From Chiloscyllium plagiosum (lineage: Eukaryota), in the NCBI RefSeq assembly GCF_004010195.1, contig NC_057738.1:26203063-26267062 (forward strand): a DNA stretch of 64,000 bases, in the 5' to 3' direction. Shown piece after piece: positions 1 to 12,355 of the stretch. The translations under genes and the position numbers were made by a program. Position 1 is the stretch's first letter; every line of letters starts with the position of its first letter. The notes under the pieces are model-generated. The model saw only the letters and a program-made list of their open reading frames with translations. It was not told the origin of the DNA and did no database searches.

Positions 1-445
1 CCTTCAAGACTCAATATTGAGTTCAGTAATTTTAAAGCTTGAACAACTTTCCCACAACTTCTTAATCACCTCAACAGCAGCACCCCCACCCCCTCAGCAT
101 GCCAGGCCTCAGCATCACATGAGCTGTTTTCATCACAACCAACCCATTTTCACCCATCAGCAGCATGTCTTCCCCCTTGGCTTACCATCAACCATATCGT
201 TTTCTGCTCAACTGCTGCTCTCTCTTTCTCTCTGGGCTCCATCTCCATCTATCGTTCACTCTTTTACCAACTCTTCCCTCCTCCACCATCCCTCAATTCC
301 CCACCATCCCAGTTTTCAGCATTTCTTCCTCGTTACAATCATTTCTGAAGAAGGGTCATCGGGACTTGAAACATTTAACTCTGCTTTTTCCTCCACAGAT
401 GCAGCCAGACGTGCTGAGTTTCTCCAGCAATTTCAGTTTTTGTTT
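1..445 (+). mobile_element. Penelope-like element 3' end (old subfamily) with degenerate hammerhead core
   Basis: Starts with a PSRLNIEFSNF-like GIY-YIG C-terminus, then a pyrimidine-rich UTR, CTGAAGAAGGGTCATCGGGACTTGAAAC (~345-372) and the typical CTCCACAGATGC..GCTGAGTTTCTCCAGC tail. Confidence 0.7.
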
Positions 446-589
446 GAGGATAAATGACCTCCTGCAATGTGACCATCATATGCTTCCCATCATTTTATGA
501 CTTTGATTTGTCCCTACTCACCAAACATTATTTAAAATTCAATGATCCAGCCTACTGCATCTTCATCCTTGTGCATGAGCTGTCTCATG

Positions 590-990
590 TGCTACACTGT
601 CATGATGGATTGGCATCTACATTGTCATGAAACCCCATGAAGTCCCATGGTATCAGGTCAAATTTGAGCCTGGGAATCTATTGCTAGTTACCATATACCA
701 CTCAGCTGATGAGAAAATGTTATTGTCCAGTTTGGAATTGCTCATAACAGCAAGGAGGCAGAATGCACTCTGACTGGCGTATTCCATTGACCATCATCCA
801 CATGGTGCAGTAGCACCACAACTGACTGAACTAGTCAAATCCTGAAGGGCAGAACTATCAGACTGTATTAGGTTGGGAGAGAACCCATGAAAGGATAGAA
901 CCTACTTGACCTCACCCTCACTAATCTATCCATCACAAATACAATTGTCCATGATGGTATTAGGAATGACGACTGCAGAATTTTTGTAGA
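590..990 (+). mobile_element. Degraded L2-type LINE endonuclease-region fragment
   Basis: Resembles the L2/CR1-group APE region (GAACCCCATGAAGTC...CTATTGCTAGTTACC; CTACTTGACCTCACCCTCACTAATCT = LLDLTLTN); many stops. Confidence 0.45.
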
Positions 991-1789
991 GACAAATGTA
1001 CTTTCCCGTTTTCTTACTCAGGTACCAGCATTATGTAGGCAGATTGCACTTTTATCCCGGGTTTAAAATTGTGGGTCCAATGCTTTTAACGTTCACTAAT
1101 GATCCAATTATTTATCTGCATACTGTTGCAATGCTCAACTGAACTAAATTACTAAATTGGGAAATGAGTGGTGCATTTCCCAATGAGCTATCCTTCTTAG
1201 CAGCACCTCCAGGGAGAGTGCAGATCTTCTATAAAGTACACGTTAATACGTTTACAGAATAAGTAGGGAATTAGTGTAAGAGCACAATATAAGGTAACAA
1301 GAACTTAATTTCTCTTTGCTATTGTTTTGCAGAAGTGCCTAATTAGAAGTTAATTGCTCTTTCAACCAACTTATTTCCTATGATGACAAAGGCATTTTAC
1401 AATTGCAAACTGAAGTACAAATCCAGCAAATGCAGTGTTTAATTTGTGCACAGAGTGCAACTGGTTTATTTGAGGTGTGTCACAATTCCAAAGTATCAAA
1501 ACCATAGTGTCCCCTATCACTGTTTTCCCTTTTCTGTCACTCTCTAATTCATTCTGTCTGTTAAAATAAATACTAAACTTTTCATACTTAGAGGCAGTCA
1601 CAATCTTTGGTGCATTCAATACTTATCAGAATTGAGAGTGGGTGAGCACTGGGAACTTGTGAATTCTGAATTTTGCAGGAGAGGATACAAAGAGTCTGGG
1701 AGAAGGCAGAATAGGATACTTGGGCTTGTGGGTCTGGGAGTGAAAAAACTATAGTCTGGACCAAGTATGGAGTGGAATATTAGAGTTGA

Positions 1790-2210
1790 GAGCAATAACA
1801 AAATGGTGCTGAGGCTTTGATATCATGGAGTGCAGATATAATGACCTTGAGAGCAGCCATACTCTGGTAGCATTGATTGAAAGGCCGGGGTCTTTCATAT
1901 AGGTGAAGGATGTCCAGAAAATGTCCAACAGTAATGACACTGTTTAAAAATTAGGTACCTCACTTTTAGGACAAAACTAAGGAGAATTATTTTCTCTCAG
2001 ATTATTATGCAACTTTAAAACTCTCTGCCTCATGTGGGGTCATGGAATATTCTTAAGACAAGAGGGGAATAGATTGTTGTTAGACAACAAAAACAATTGT
2101 GATTGAGTTGCTTGGAAATATGGAATTTCAAACACAAACAGGTCAGCCATGATCTGATTGTATGGTGAATAGATTCAAAGGTCCAAATGATTTACTTCTG
2201 CTCATATTTC
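1790..2210 (+). mobile_element. Degraded CR1 LINE 3' fragment
   Basis: Similar to the 3' end of the CR1 at 3040-4110 (AGAATTATTTTCTCTCAGA; CAGCCATGATCTGATTG...AAATGATTTACTTCTGCTC). Confidence 0.55.
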
Positions 2211-2234
2211 AAATGTTCACTAAAATTTGGACTT

Positions 2235-2745
2235 GCCTCACCTCAAACTATTTGCACTCCATCAGGCACTGTGTTCCCACTCTGCCGAGGACATGGAGGT
2301 GCTGGGCCTCCTTCACCGTCGCTCCCTCACCACCAGACGCCCTGGAGGAAGAACACCTCATCTTCCGCCTCGGAACACTTCAACCCCAGGGCATCAATGT
2401 GGACTTCAACAGCTTCCTCATTTCCCCTTCCCCCACCTCACCCTAGTTCCAAACTTCCAGCTCAGCACTGTCCCCATGACTTGTCCTACCTGCCTATCTT
2501 CTTTTCCACTTATCCACTCCACCCTCTCCCCGCCCCGGACCTATCACCTTCATCCGCTCCCCTGCTCACCTATTGTACTCTATGCTACTTTCTCCCCACC
2601 CCCACCCTCCTCTAGCTTATCTCTCCACACTTCAGGCTATCTGCTTGTATTCCTAATGAAGGGCTTTTGCCCGAAACGTCGATTTTGCTGCTCCTCGGAT
2701 GCTGCCTGAACTGCTGTGCTCTTCCAGCACCACTAATCCAAAATC
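2235..2745 (+). mobile_element. Penelope-like element 3' part (GIY-YIG C-terminus plus terminal repeat)
   Basis: Translates EEEHLIFRLGTLQPQGINVDFNSF; ends with CCTAATGAAGGGCTTTTGCCCGAAACGTCG (hammerhead core with one substitution) and CTCCTCGGATGCTGCCTGA tail. Confidence 0.85.
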
Positions 2746-3039
2746 CCACGTTATCAGACCAGTTCCCAAGGCGGAAGCCTGTTTGAAGTGTTTTAATGCA
2801 GCTTTTTGCTGTCTTCAATTCATTTAATTCAATAACTAACAGTGCCCTAATGAAGTGATATAATCATCTTTTAAAGGAAATATAGCTAAACATAACCAAA
2901 CACAAAGGATTCAGGCGGTTTGCTCTACTTAACTGAAAAATTAAACCTGCTTCAAGAGAAATTCCTCTCAGAGTTAAACATAATAAGCAGAAGAATTATG
3001 TATTTTACAAATGCAAAGTGAAATCAGTTGTTTCTTCAA

Positions 3040-4110
3040 CAAGTAGTACAGATTGAAGCTTGGTTGTCTGGCAGGAAGCAGAGAGTGGGGATAAAAAGGT
3101 GCCCAGGATGGCAGCCAGAGACAAGTGGTGTTCCACAAGGCTCAGTGTTGGGCCCACAACATTTCACTTTATACATTAACGATCTAAATGAAGGAATTGA
3201 GGGCATTCTGGCTAAGTTTGCAGACGATACAAAGTTATGTAAAGGTAGTGTTCACGAAATAGGGAGATTGCAGAAGGATTTGGATAGGTTAGGAGAGTGG
3301 GCAAAGAAGTGGTGGATGGAGTACAATGCGGGAAATTGTGAGGTCATACACTTTGGTAGGAAGAATAGAAGCATGGATTATTTTCTAAATGTCCAGAAAT
3401 TCAGAAGTCTGAAGTACAAAGAGGCAGGGCAGTCCTACAGAGGATTCTTTCAAGGTAAACTTGTACGTTGAATCAGTAGTTAGGAAGGCAAATGCAACGA
3501 TGGCATATATTTTGAGAGAACTTGAATTTAAAAGCAGGGATGTACTTCTGAGGCTCAAATGTCTCTGGTCAGGCCACATTTAGAGCATTGTGTGCAGTTT
3601 TGGACCCATCTCTCATGAAGGATGTATTGGATCTGGAGTGTATTCGGAGGAGGTTCATGAAAATGGTCCCAGGAATGAAAAGCTTAATGTATGAGGAATT
3701 TTGGAGGACTCTGGTTTAATACCCAGTGGAGTTTAAAAGGATGAGGTGTTCTAATTGAAACATATTGAATATTGATTGGCCTCAACAGAGTAGATGTTGG
3801 GAAAATGTTGCCATTGGTAGGTGAGACCATGACACAAGGGTCTGAGAGTAAAGGGAAGACCTTTTAGAATGGAGATAAAGAGAAACTTCTTCAGCCAGAG
3901 AGTGGTGAAGTATGGAATTCATTGCCACAGAAGGCTGTGGAGGCCATTGACTATATTTAAGATTAAGATAGATAGGCTCTTGAGTGCCAAGGGATCAAGG
4001 GTTATGGGGATAAAGTGGGAGAATAGGGTTGGGAAACTTATCAACCATGATTTAATGGCGAAGCAGACTTGATGGACTGAATGGCCTGATTTCTCCTCCT
4101 ATGTCTTATG
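3040..4110 (+). mobile_element. 5'-truncated CR1 LINE (RT pseudogene)
   Basis: WLSGRKQRV, GVPQGSVLGP, KFADDTK, RNFFSQRVV motifs; frameshifts; CCTATGTCTTATG tail. Confidence 0.93.
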
Positions 4111-5454
4111 ATCTTAAATAATATGACGTTTCCTTTCTATCTCTTGTGATTGTAATCTCATCAGGGAGATATTGAGGCATCTTGCCCACTGAAAATAAAA
4201 CAGCATCGCCCCAATAGGGTGCAGACCTTTTTTTAATACATTCCCATAAGTCGACTGACTGTCTCCCATGAAATAGGGAGGGGTCATTTAAACATGCCAG
4301 CTGGGATTCTGTGATGCACATAGACCCCTGATTACCACACAAAAAATCAACAGAAAGTCCTCAAACTGAGGAAATAAATAACGACATGCTTTCTTTGTCC
4401 CTTGAGATAATCTGAGTGGAAATATCAGGAGCAGAAATATTCTATTGAACTACTGCTCTCACCAAAAAGCAAAATAACAACGAGGAACCTCAGCATAAAC
4501 CTAATATTCTGTTGCTCGGTTGTTTCTCAAGATTAACTTCAATAGTTACATTGACGACATGACCAGTGCAGAATTCAAAACTGGGATTGATAAATTTTTG
4601 CCAGTGTATGAGATTAAAAGTTATGGAACCAAAATGGGTTAATGGAATTAACACATAGACCCGCCATAATTGAATGGAAAAACTGACTTACCAGGCCAAA
4701 TGGCTTGCCCCATACCTATATACCTTTTACTTTTGCAAGTGATGTGATGATTGAGTAAAGTATTAAAACTCATTCTTCACACAGTTTCTTTTTTTTCTTG
4801 CAATCTTCTCAACAACCTTTACCCTGTGGGCTGACTATCAATAATATCTTGTCTGATTTTTGTATTGATTGATCCTACATGAGCTGGCGCATTGCACTCT
4901 GAGTCTGCAGCTGACAGAAGTCAGATACAAACCCTGACAATAGTTTAACTGTGAAGGTGTGGAAAAGGACTCTGTCAGTGGTTATTGATTAGGTGTTTAA
5001 AGACTCAACTGGGAAGTTCAACTTCAATTACATGCGATGAGATGTTAGCTGAAATCAAACCCTTCGATGAAATAATGACTGAACTGACAAATGTATTCCA
5101 TGAGATTATAGGCAGTTTGAGGCGTAGCCTATAGACTATATGTGAAGACTGGTACACTTTTCACTGGTGCCACACAAGGAGTCTTTCTCAGTGTCGAAAT
5201 TGCTGATGGGTCCTTCTGGATAGCACAGTTGAAATCGTTCTCTAATCGTTTTACCAGTAACTCAATTCCTCAGCCACAAGTGGAATTGTTATCATTCCTC
5301 AGTCTGTCAAACAGGTGAAAGGGATTGACTCTCATACACACAAATAGCTGTCTTGCTCCATGGCAACTATTTCAATCGTGGGAGGTAGTGGATGGCAAGG
5401 AGCCCATTCAATGTTGAGTGTGCACTTCCTGAAACCTGGGTAAAATGGGATAGC

Positions 5455-5659
5455 GCTGAAAATGTGTTGCTGGAACAGCGCAGCAGGTCAGGCAGCATCC
5501 AGGGAACAGGAGAATCGATGTTTCGGGCATAAGCCCTTCTTCAGGCTTATGCCCGAAACGTCAATTCTCCTGTTCCCTGGATGCTGCCTGACCTGCTGCG
5601 CTGTTCCAGCAACACATTTTCAGCTCTGATCTCCAGCATCTGCAGACCTCACTTTCTCC
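5455..5659. mobile_element. Penelope-terminus inverted-repeat insertion with hammerhead core
   Basis: 81 bp arms 5455-5535 and 5544-5624 (2 mismatches); 14 bp TSD TAAAATGGGATAGC at 5441-5454 and 5660-5673. Confidence 0.9.
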
Positions 5660-5679
5660 TAAAATGGGATAGCACTTAC

Positions 5680-6150
5680 CTCTGCAGGTAGGGATGGGAT
5701 CCAGTGCTTGTCCAACCTTTATAATGTTGATTCCCTCCCTTCATTGAAATAGTGGTGAAGGGAATGAATATTTGTGAGTATGGTGTCAATCAAGTGGGTT
5801 TTTTTTCTGGATGATGTCAAGCTTCTTGCATAACATCGGACCTGTGCTTATTCAGGTAAGTGAGGAACATTCCATCATACATCAGACTTGTGCCTTGCAA
5901 ATGATAGGCAAGCCTTGAGGAGATATTGAGGAGGTGAGTAAGTTGCTGCAAAACTCTTGGGCTCTAACCTGCTGCTGTAGACACAGTATTTGTATGGTTG
6001 GTCTAATTCAGTTTCTGATTAATATCAAGCCCCAGGACATTGATAGTGATTTAACGATGGTAAAGCCATTCAACAACAAGGAGAGATGGTTCGATTTTCT
6101 CTTCTTGTAGAAGGTCATTGCCTGGAACTTGCATGGTATGGATGTTCCTT
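5680..6150 (-). mobile_element. L2-type LINE fragment
   Basis: Homologous to the L2 at 32200-33240 (GGTCATTGCCTGG, TCAAGTGGG..CTGGATGATGTCAAGCTTCTTG). Confidence 0.65.
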
Positions 6151-6864
6151 ACTATTAGTGAAGTAGAGACATAGACTGAAAATTAAAAAAAAATAGATTA
6201 GGTTAGATTTAGATTTATTGTCACTAGTATATATAAAAATAAAATGCTTTTTCATGTGCAAAAGGCAAAGTGTCACCATGCTCTGCCGCTATCTTGAGAA
6301 ATACAGAATATAATCCAAGACTTCCCTGCATCAGAGTTCATCTTTTTCCTCTTCTTCTTGTTACCTTCTGTTACTCTTCCATTCACTATCTGATACTGGG
6401 GTCTCTGGAATGGGTTCCAGCAGCTTGGTTATGGGTTTGCTTCTGCCACTCCCGCAAAGTCCAACTGGAACCATGGACCTGCTCTCATATCTCCTGCTCC
6501 CCCTCTGACACTCCTCCAGTCGCTGTCGCTGGCTGCAGGCTCCTCCACCAACCCACTGAAGCCTCTGCCACCTTAGCACCAGAGCTGGAACCGGATCTGG
6601 GCATGTGTGATGCCCAGTCCCAACCAACTCCCCTGCGGAAAGACAACAAACTTGTCATGGCACTGAATGATGAAGATGTGTGAGATGGTGTGGATGTGTC
6701 CATCTCCACTGAATGGAGCCCATGAACATCTGAGTGCTGGGATCAGAAGCCGAACTAAAGGGGCTAAATTCCATAGACCACAAACTTGGGTGCAGGGATC
6801 AGGATTCACAAATAGCATAGTGAGTCCATTCAGTGAAATGCAGGCAGCCAATTTCAGAATGGTT

Positions 6865-6960
6865 TTGGAGAAGGGTCACTGGACCCAAAACATTAACTCT
6901 GCTTTCTCTCCACAGATGTTGCCAAACATGCAGAATTGCTCCAGAAATTCCTATTTTCAT
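6865..6960 (+). mobile_element. Old Penelope terminal fragment
   Basis: AAGGGTCACTGGACCCAAAACATTAACTCTGCTTTCTCTCCACAGATG matches the 345-430 terminus. Confidence 0.6.
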
Positions 6961-7009
6961 TTCATTATAGCAGTTAATTTGTCCAGAGGGACAATGTTGG
7001 TGTGGATCT

Positions 7010-7225
7010 AGAGTCAGATGTTGATCATCAGTTCCCTTCTGTTAAGAGCATTAATGAACCAGATGGGTTCTCACATCAATAACTTCATGGTCATGTTTAG
7101 ACTTTTAATTCCAGATTTTTGTTGAATTAAAATTCCATCTCTTCCATGGTGGGATTCAAACTCAGGTCTCTAGAGCATTACCTGGGTCTCTCGATTACTA
7201 GGCCAGTGGTAATACCATCATCTCT
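7010..7225 (-). mobile_element. tRNA-derived SINE fragment (L2-tailed family)
   Basis: Reverse complement matches the head of the copy at 52128 (GGTATTACCACTGGCCTAGTAATC...GAGTTTGAATCCC, B-box-like). Confidence 0.7.
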
Positions 7226-7859
7226 CTCAGTACTTGTTCCCTGACATCCACCCTATAGTTTGCTGTGATGGTTTAAATACAGCTTGCACATTGGACAGCT
7301 GAGGAAGGAAGACAATATGATCTTTGCTTTGAACTGCATGACCTGTTGTCTATTGCCATACACCAGCTAAATATTGAGGGAAGGAAAGCTCTTTCAGTTC
7401 TAGACTGACAGCACTGATATGTAGTGTCCATAAAACAATATGCACAAAGTCAATAGCCCTCTGCATTATGAGGAATCTTGTCCAAGTTTCATAATCCCTT
7501 TGCCTACTTTTCACTGGCTAAAGGGAATAAAATATGATTAACTTCCTTCAATAAAAGATCCTCAGTGAATTTCCTTTTATAACAGTGGACAGTAAGTAGC
7601 AAGATTCTGCAAAAGTGGGAAGGAAACAAGCATGTAAAAATGTAGCTTCACATCTGCTGGTAATACAGCCTTTGACATTCTCAGGTTTCGAGGTTGTGGC
7701 TGAGGAAGTGGCAGGTCTCAGTATCAATTAGTGCATGAAAATACACAGAGCTGAGTGATTTGTTTGGAATGTGCAGCCTTGTATGTGACACTCAACAAAC
7801 GCACAGAGAGTTTACACTGAGATCAGAGCAGCAGAGGTTCGACTTAACAGAGGTAGAAT

Positions 7860-8270
7860 ACATCATATATGATTTTGGATGCAGCCAATGTGAGATGCTG
7901 TGTGCTACAGCAAAGCATCAACTTTGTAACATCTTCATTAAGGATCTGGTCCAGGGTGTAGAAGTATGGAGCTTAGGTCACACAACGGATGTCATCAGCA
8001 TGGACAGACTTGTGGCTTTGGTTGTATATCTGTCAAACAAGGTGGGGCCTGAGAGTGAACCCCGTGTTGGTCTTCTGGACAGACTTCGGATGCACGTGTC
8101 AACTCTAAATGTGTCTCACCAACTGTACTGACTTGGGTTGGAAGCACTTTGGACAGCTTTAGAAGCAGACCAGTGTGTTACACTTTGCTGTAGGCAGCTA
8201 TGAGGTCCAATAGAACTGTGTCTGTCTTCTGGTTCTTTTGGAAGCCATTATTGACATATATTGGGGAAAA
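7860..8270 (-). mobile_element. Vingi/Ingi-type LINE RT remnant
   Basis: Minus strand reads NNGFQKNQKTDTVLLDLIAAYSKV*HTGLLLKLSKVLP, then GSLSGPTLFDRYT, VHADDIRCVT and LDQILNEDVTKL. Confidence 0.7.
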
Positions 8271-10084
8271 CTGACATTGTGGTAGTTTTTAGTGAGGCTA
8301 CTCTCATTAATGTGAAAACATTTCACATATGGTTCTCCACAGAGGTTCAGTAAGAAGAATTACACCCTGAAGACCCTCAACAGAAATGCCTTACAGCTTA
8401 GACATCTTGCATCCAATTCATCCCTTGTCCTTTTATAACATGCAGTAAGATTTGGCCTGCCTTCTGTCATAGTGTATTTCACGTGGAATGTCTAAAAGTG
8501 TATATGCCTGCAGGCAACTGGTTTATACAGAAGTCACAAAGTCTGCAAAAGTGCTTTAGCATCTACCACACCATTTCCTGTTGATGTCTGTAACATGGAA
8601 GAACCATTAAGCATCAAAAATTGTAGCAATCATTCAAAGAAAGAAACCGACCGCATGCAACTTTTAAATAGCACGGGTGGGAGGACGAGGATCTTTCCTG
8701 CTCCTGACTGCATGTTTAATGGAGCAAGGGCATTAGCTTCGTAATAACACCACTGGAGTCACATCAAAACTGCTTATTTCACAACCTGCCTGTTCTGCAT
8801 TCACTTCATGAACTAACACCCTCAAAGACTTAACGTTCAGGCCAATGTCCTCATAAGTTTACCCCTGTACTACAGATGTTATTTTGTAGCACAACATCAC
8901 CGTTAATTCAGAAAGAATGTGTGTTAATCCCTCACTTGAACATTTTTCATGTACAGGTAACCCTGGCAGATTGTTCATTGGAAGAACGGATTTGACTTGA
9001 TTTATTATTGATTTCTCCTAGCCTGATACACATTCCAATGATTCTTGTTGAGCAAATGATAGTCTGCAAACCAAGTTCTCGATGTCAATGGTATCTGAGA
9101 AAGGATTTACAAGCATAGAGATATGCGTGGTTTTATATTACGTACATGATGTGTTGACGTGTCAGTCTTCCTAATTGCAAATGCCTGAGGGGTCATTCTG
9201 GTCACTGTACTATCTGCCTAGCTGTACCACTGAATGCCTGGTTAGTTTGCCTGCCTGGGTAATCTTTCAGAATTAAACTGAAGGGTTCATCTTCTCATTT
9301 AAGATGAACAATTATAAATTATTTAACCACTATTCCAAATAGTTATTATCTAATTAATTTACCACATAGGATTCAGACAAAGGCAGGTGCTCTGTCATCT
9401 TTTCAGCACACCTTTGTAAAATATTTCCAGCAACTTGTTATAACAATACTCGTTACAACCAATATTATGCCATTATCTCTTTTAACGGTTATTTGTCTTG
9501 GACTGTTAGCTACCATTACACTTAGCCGTTGTTTAAATTATTAATCATTGGTAGAATGGCCTTGTACTAAATTCTCCTCTAAATTACTAATGTAAATTAT
9601 TTAAATCCTAAAATCAATTTTTGAAATTACAATGCTAACAATATGAAGATTCCAAGTTGATTTTGTTTGATTGAGCTGACATATGCGAATTGTGATTAAT
9701 AGTGACAATGATGAGATTCAGATGTTGTTTTATGATGAGATTCTGCTTCCTTAAGGCCAGTATTAATTAACCTTTGGCCTAGAAATTAGTTCAGGTTAAA
9801 TTGGACAACACCCAAACACTGGAGTGGTAATTGTGGTACGTGATTAATACTAGTTTGTTTCTTTGTTTTGCAGGCAGCATGTTAAACTGCTAAAGGTTAT
9901 CATCTGGGAAAAGCAGTCCACATGATTTATATTCAATCCACTTAAATGTTCACTTTGTCCAACACTGATGTGACATGGCTGCAGTGTGTACCCTCTACGA
10001 GATGTACTGCAGCAACTTGGCAAAGGTCCTTTAGACGATCTTTCCAAATGTGCAATACCTTTAAAGGGAAGGGCAGAGCAATTG

Positions 10085-11098
10085 AGTGCTGAATTTTATG
10101 CATCTCCATGTGGGGACCAGAGGGGGTTCTGAAGTCCAGCATTAGCCTACTTACCCACTCACCCTGCCTTCCTATAATGTTACCAGTACCTGGCTTGGAA
10201 ACTTACTGCCTGCCACACACTTAAAGGTTGCAAACTGCGCAAGGCCTCATTTAGCCAGTGATGGGAGAGGTCCTCAACAAAAGGCCAGCATGGCCATTTT
10301 CCCTGGAAGGGATGGAGGTGCACAGTAGGTCTATCCTTAATGAATTCTCTGAATCCAATGGATGTCAGCTCCAAGATGTTGACATCTATTTTTGTTCACT
10401 TCATTCCAACCCTCAACTTGTTCATCATGGTCTGGCCCTGAGATCCAGAATCACCTGGAAACCTGGGTCCAAAGCTGTGTGCTTCCTCAAGCCTACATGA
10501 AGTAAATGCAAAGGCCATTGCTTCCCATTGCAACTTTTGGTACTGGAAAGCTGCTAGCCTCTGGCCAGCTGTATGCTGAGGCAGAACTCTCTACCCCTCA
10601 AGAACAGAAGTCTCACCTCCAGTCTATTGACCCAGCCAATTTTTGTTTTATTCATTCATGGGATGAGGACATCACTGGCTAGGCCAGCATTTATTGGCAA
10701 TCCCTAATTGTCCAGACAGCAATTATGAGTCACCCACATTGCTGAGGGTCTGGAGTCACATGCAGACCAGGCCAGGTAAGGTTGGCAGTCTTCCTCATAA
10801 AGGGCTTTAGTGAACCAGATGGGTTTTTCTGACAATTAACAATGAATTCATGGTCATCATAAAAATTTGGCATTAAGAGTTTAATTAAATTCAAATTCCA
10901 CCATTACAGTGGCGGGATTCAACCGTAACATTAACTCAGTCTTTGGATTAACAGTCTAGCAACAATACCACTAGGCCATCACCTCCCCGTTATCCATGGT
11001 TAATTGGCTGTTAAATAACAGTGGCCAGCCATTTCTCCCCTGCAATTCTTTTTGAGCGTAATGTTGCTGGTGACCATAGAACCTGGTAAAACCCTGCT
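10085..11098. mobile_element. Putative non-autonomous TIR DNA transposon (Harbinger-like), interrupted by a SINE
   Basis: Left end GTGCTGAATTTTATG and right end GTAAAACCCTGCT resemble the GGGCTGAAT-type termini at 46474 and 63487; degenerate. Confidence 0.35.
10645..10990 (-). mobile_element. tRNA-derived SINE with L2-type 3' tail, near full length
   Basis: Tail ATTCATTCATGGGATGAGGACATCACTGGCTAGGCCAGCATTTATT; head (reverse complement) GGGGAGGTGATGGCCTAGTGGTATT with GTTGAATCC B-box. Confidence 0.85.
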
Positions 11099-11129
11099 TT
11101 GAACCACCACCACCACCACCACCTCACAT

Positions 11130-11350
11130 TGCTTTCACACATCACTTTGATTTGGAGGTATATCGTTGTCTCTTCCTTGTTGCTGGGTATAAATTTTAAA
11201 ACTCCCTGTTTAACAGGACTGTGGAAGCACTTTCACCACAAAGACTGGATCATTTCTAGATGGCAGATCACTACCAAATTCTCCAGGAAATTTAGAGATT
11301 GGTGATAAGTACCAACCCTGCCAGCAGTGTCCACATACCATAAATGATTT
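11130..11350 (+). mobile_element. L2-type LINE 3' end
   Basis: Matches 20540-20745 (CATCACTTTGATTTGGAGGTATATCG...CCAGCAGTGTCCACATACCATAAATGA). Confidence 0.6.
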
Positions 11351-11730
11351 CAAAAAGCATGGTCTCTTAGATGGTTGACATCATGACTCAAGACACCATT
11401 GGTATTACAGAAATCCAGCAATCTATTCTCCAATAGAGCAATACAGTTACTGAGGTGACACCCCAAGTGAACATCCATGGCTACATGGAACAGACACCCT
11501 TTTGCCTCTCTCAGGACAGCATCCCTACTCCCTCTTCTACAGTTCAGCTGTAAGTATGTGCTCAAAAAACTTTAACAAGAAGGTGAGTGGGGAGGATGTT
11601 TGCATACACATCCTGAACTCAATTCTGTGTATTTTTTGATGGCATTAGGTAAAATAATGGGATACTACACAGCTTTATTTTGGCTCCCACATACCTTTGA
11701 AGTACAGAATAAGTGCTTATTGCTGACAGT

Positions 11731-12355
11731 CGTTATGGATCAGACCAGGCACCCTCAAAACATATTAAGAAAGTAGCCTGGACCCTAAATTTCTTGTTTC
11801 GAAGTGTTCCAGATGCAATTCGATTGGTCAAACTACTCAATATTAAGCAAAACACAATTTATTTTGTAATTATAGTTAAAATAAAACAAAGGAAAGACAA
11901 GCCTGGAATAACTTAACTCTATTGGAAAACTTAACAGTACAGTTGATTATTTCACTACTAAACAGTAACTGTTCCAATATAGTAACATCCCAGAAACACA
12001 CCGGTGGCAAAAAGCAAATTCAGAAAACCGATCATCTCACATGCAGTTCCTCAATCAGGAGGAAAGAATATCAAAAAACAATTCTGAGAGATAACTGAGA
12101 GAGAGAGACAGAGAGAATATAGCAACTGGGAGTGATTCACTGCCTTCCAACCCTGCTGAGACCCAGCATCAAATGCTGAAAGCTAACTAAAATCCTTGAC
12201 CACACCCACTTGGGCTGCTTCTATTGTTCCAACTTTAAAAACACCAAGGCCGCAAAAGTTGTTTATCTTCTCATAGACTGCTTGACATATGTCCCCCAAT
12301 CCCTCTCTAAAATAAACCAGAACAAAACATTCCTCTTAAAGCCATAGTATCGGCA
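11731..12355. mobile_element. Probable solo LTR
   Basis: (T>C)GTTATGG...CGGCA termini with near-TSD CAGT/TAGT; ~625 bp non-coding, organised like the 28231-29453 LTR. Confidence 0.45.

Noticed and set aside
17-500. 146 aa and 111 aa ORFs at the window start
   Set aside because: Low-complexity read-through of a Penelope 3' UTR; no domain or splice support
5455-5624. miRNA precursor, MITE or CRISPR-like repeat
   Set aside because: The arms are Penelope terminal sequence found many times in the window, one arm overhangs, and the long TSD fits retrotransposition; there is no repeat-spacer periodicity
6170-6860. Cluster of overlapping 74-137 aa ORFs
   Set aside because: No recognisable domain; begins with a LINE-like TAGATTTATTGTCAC tail, so probably an unclassified repeat
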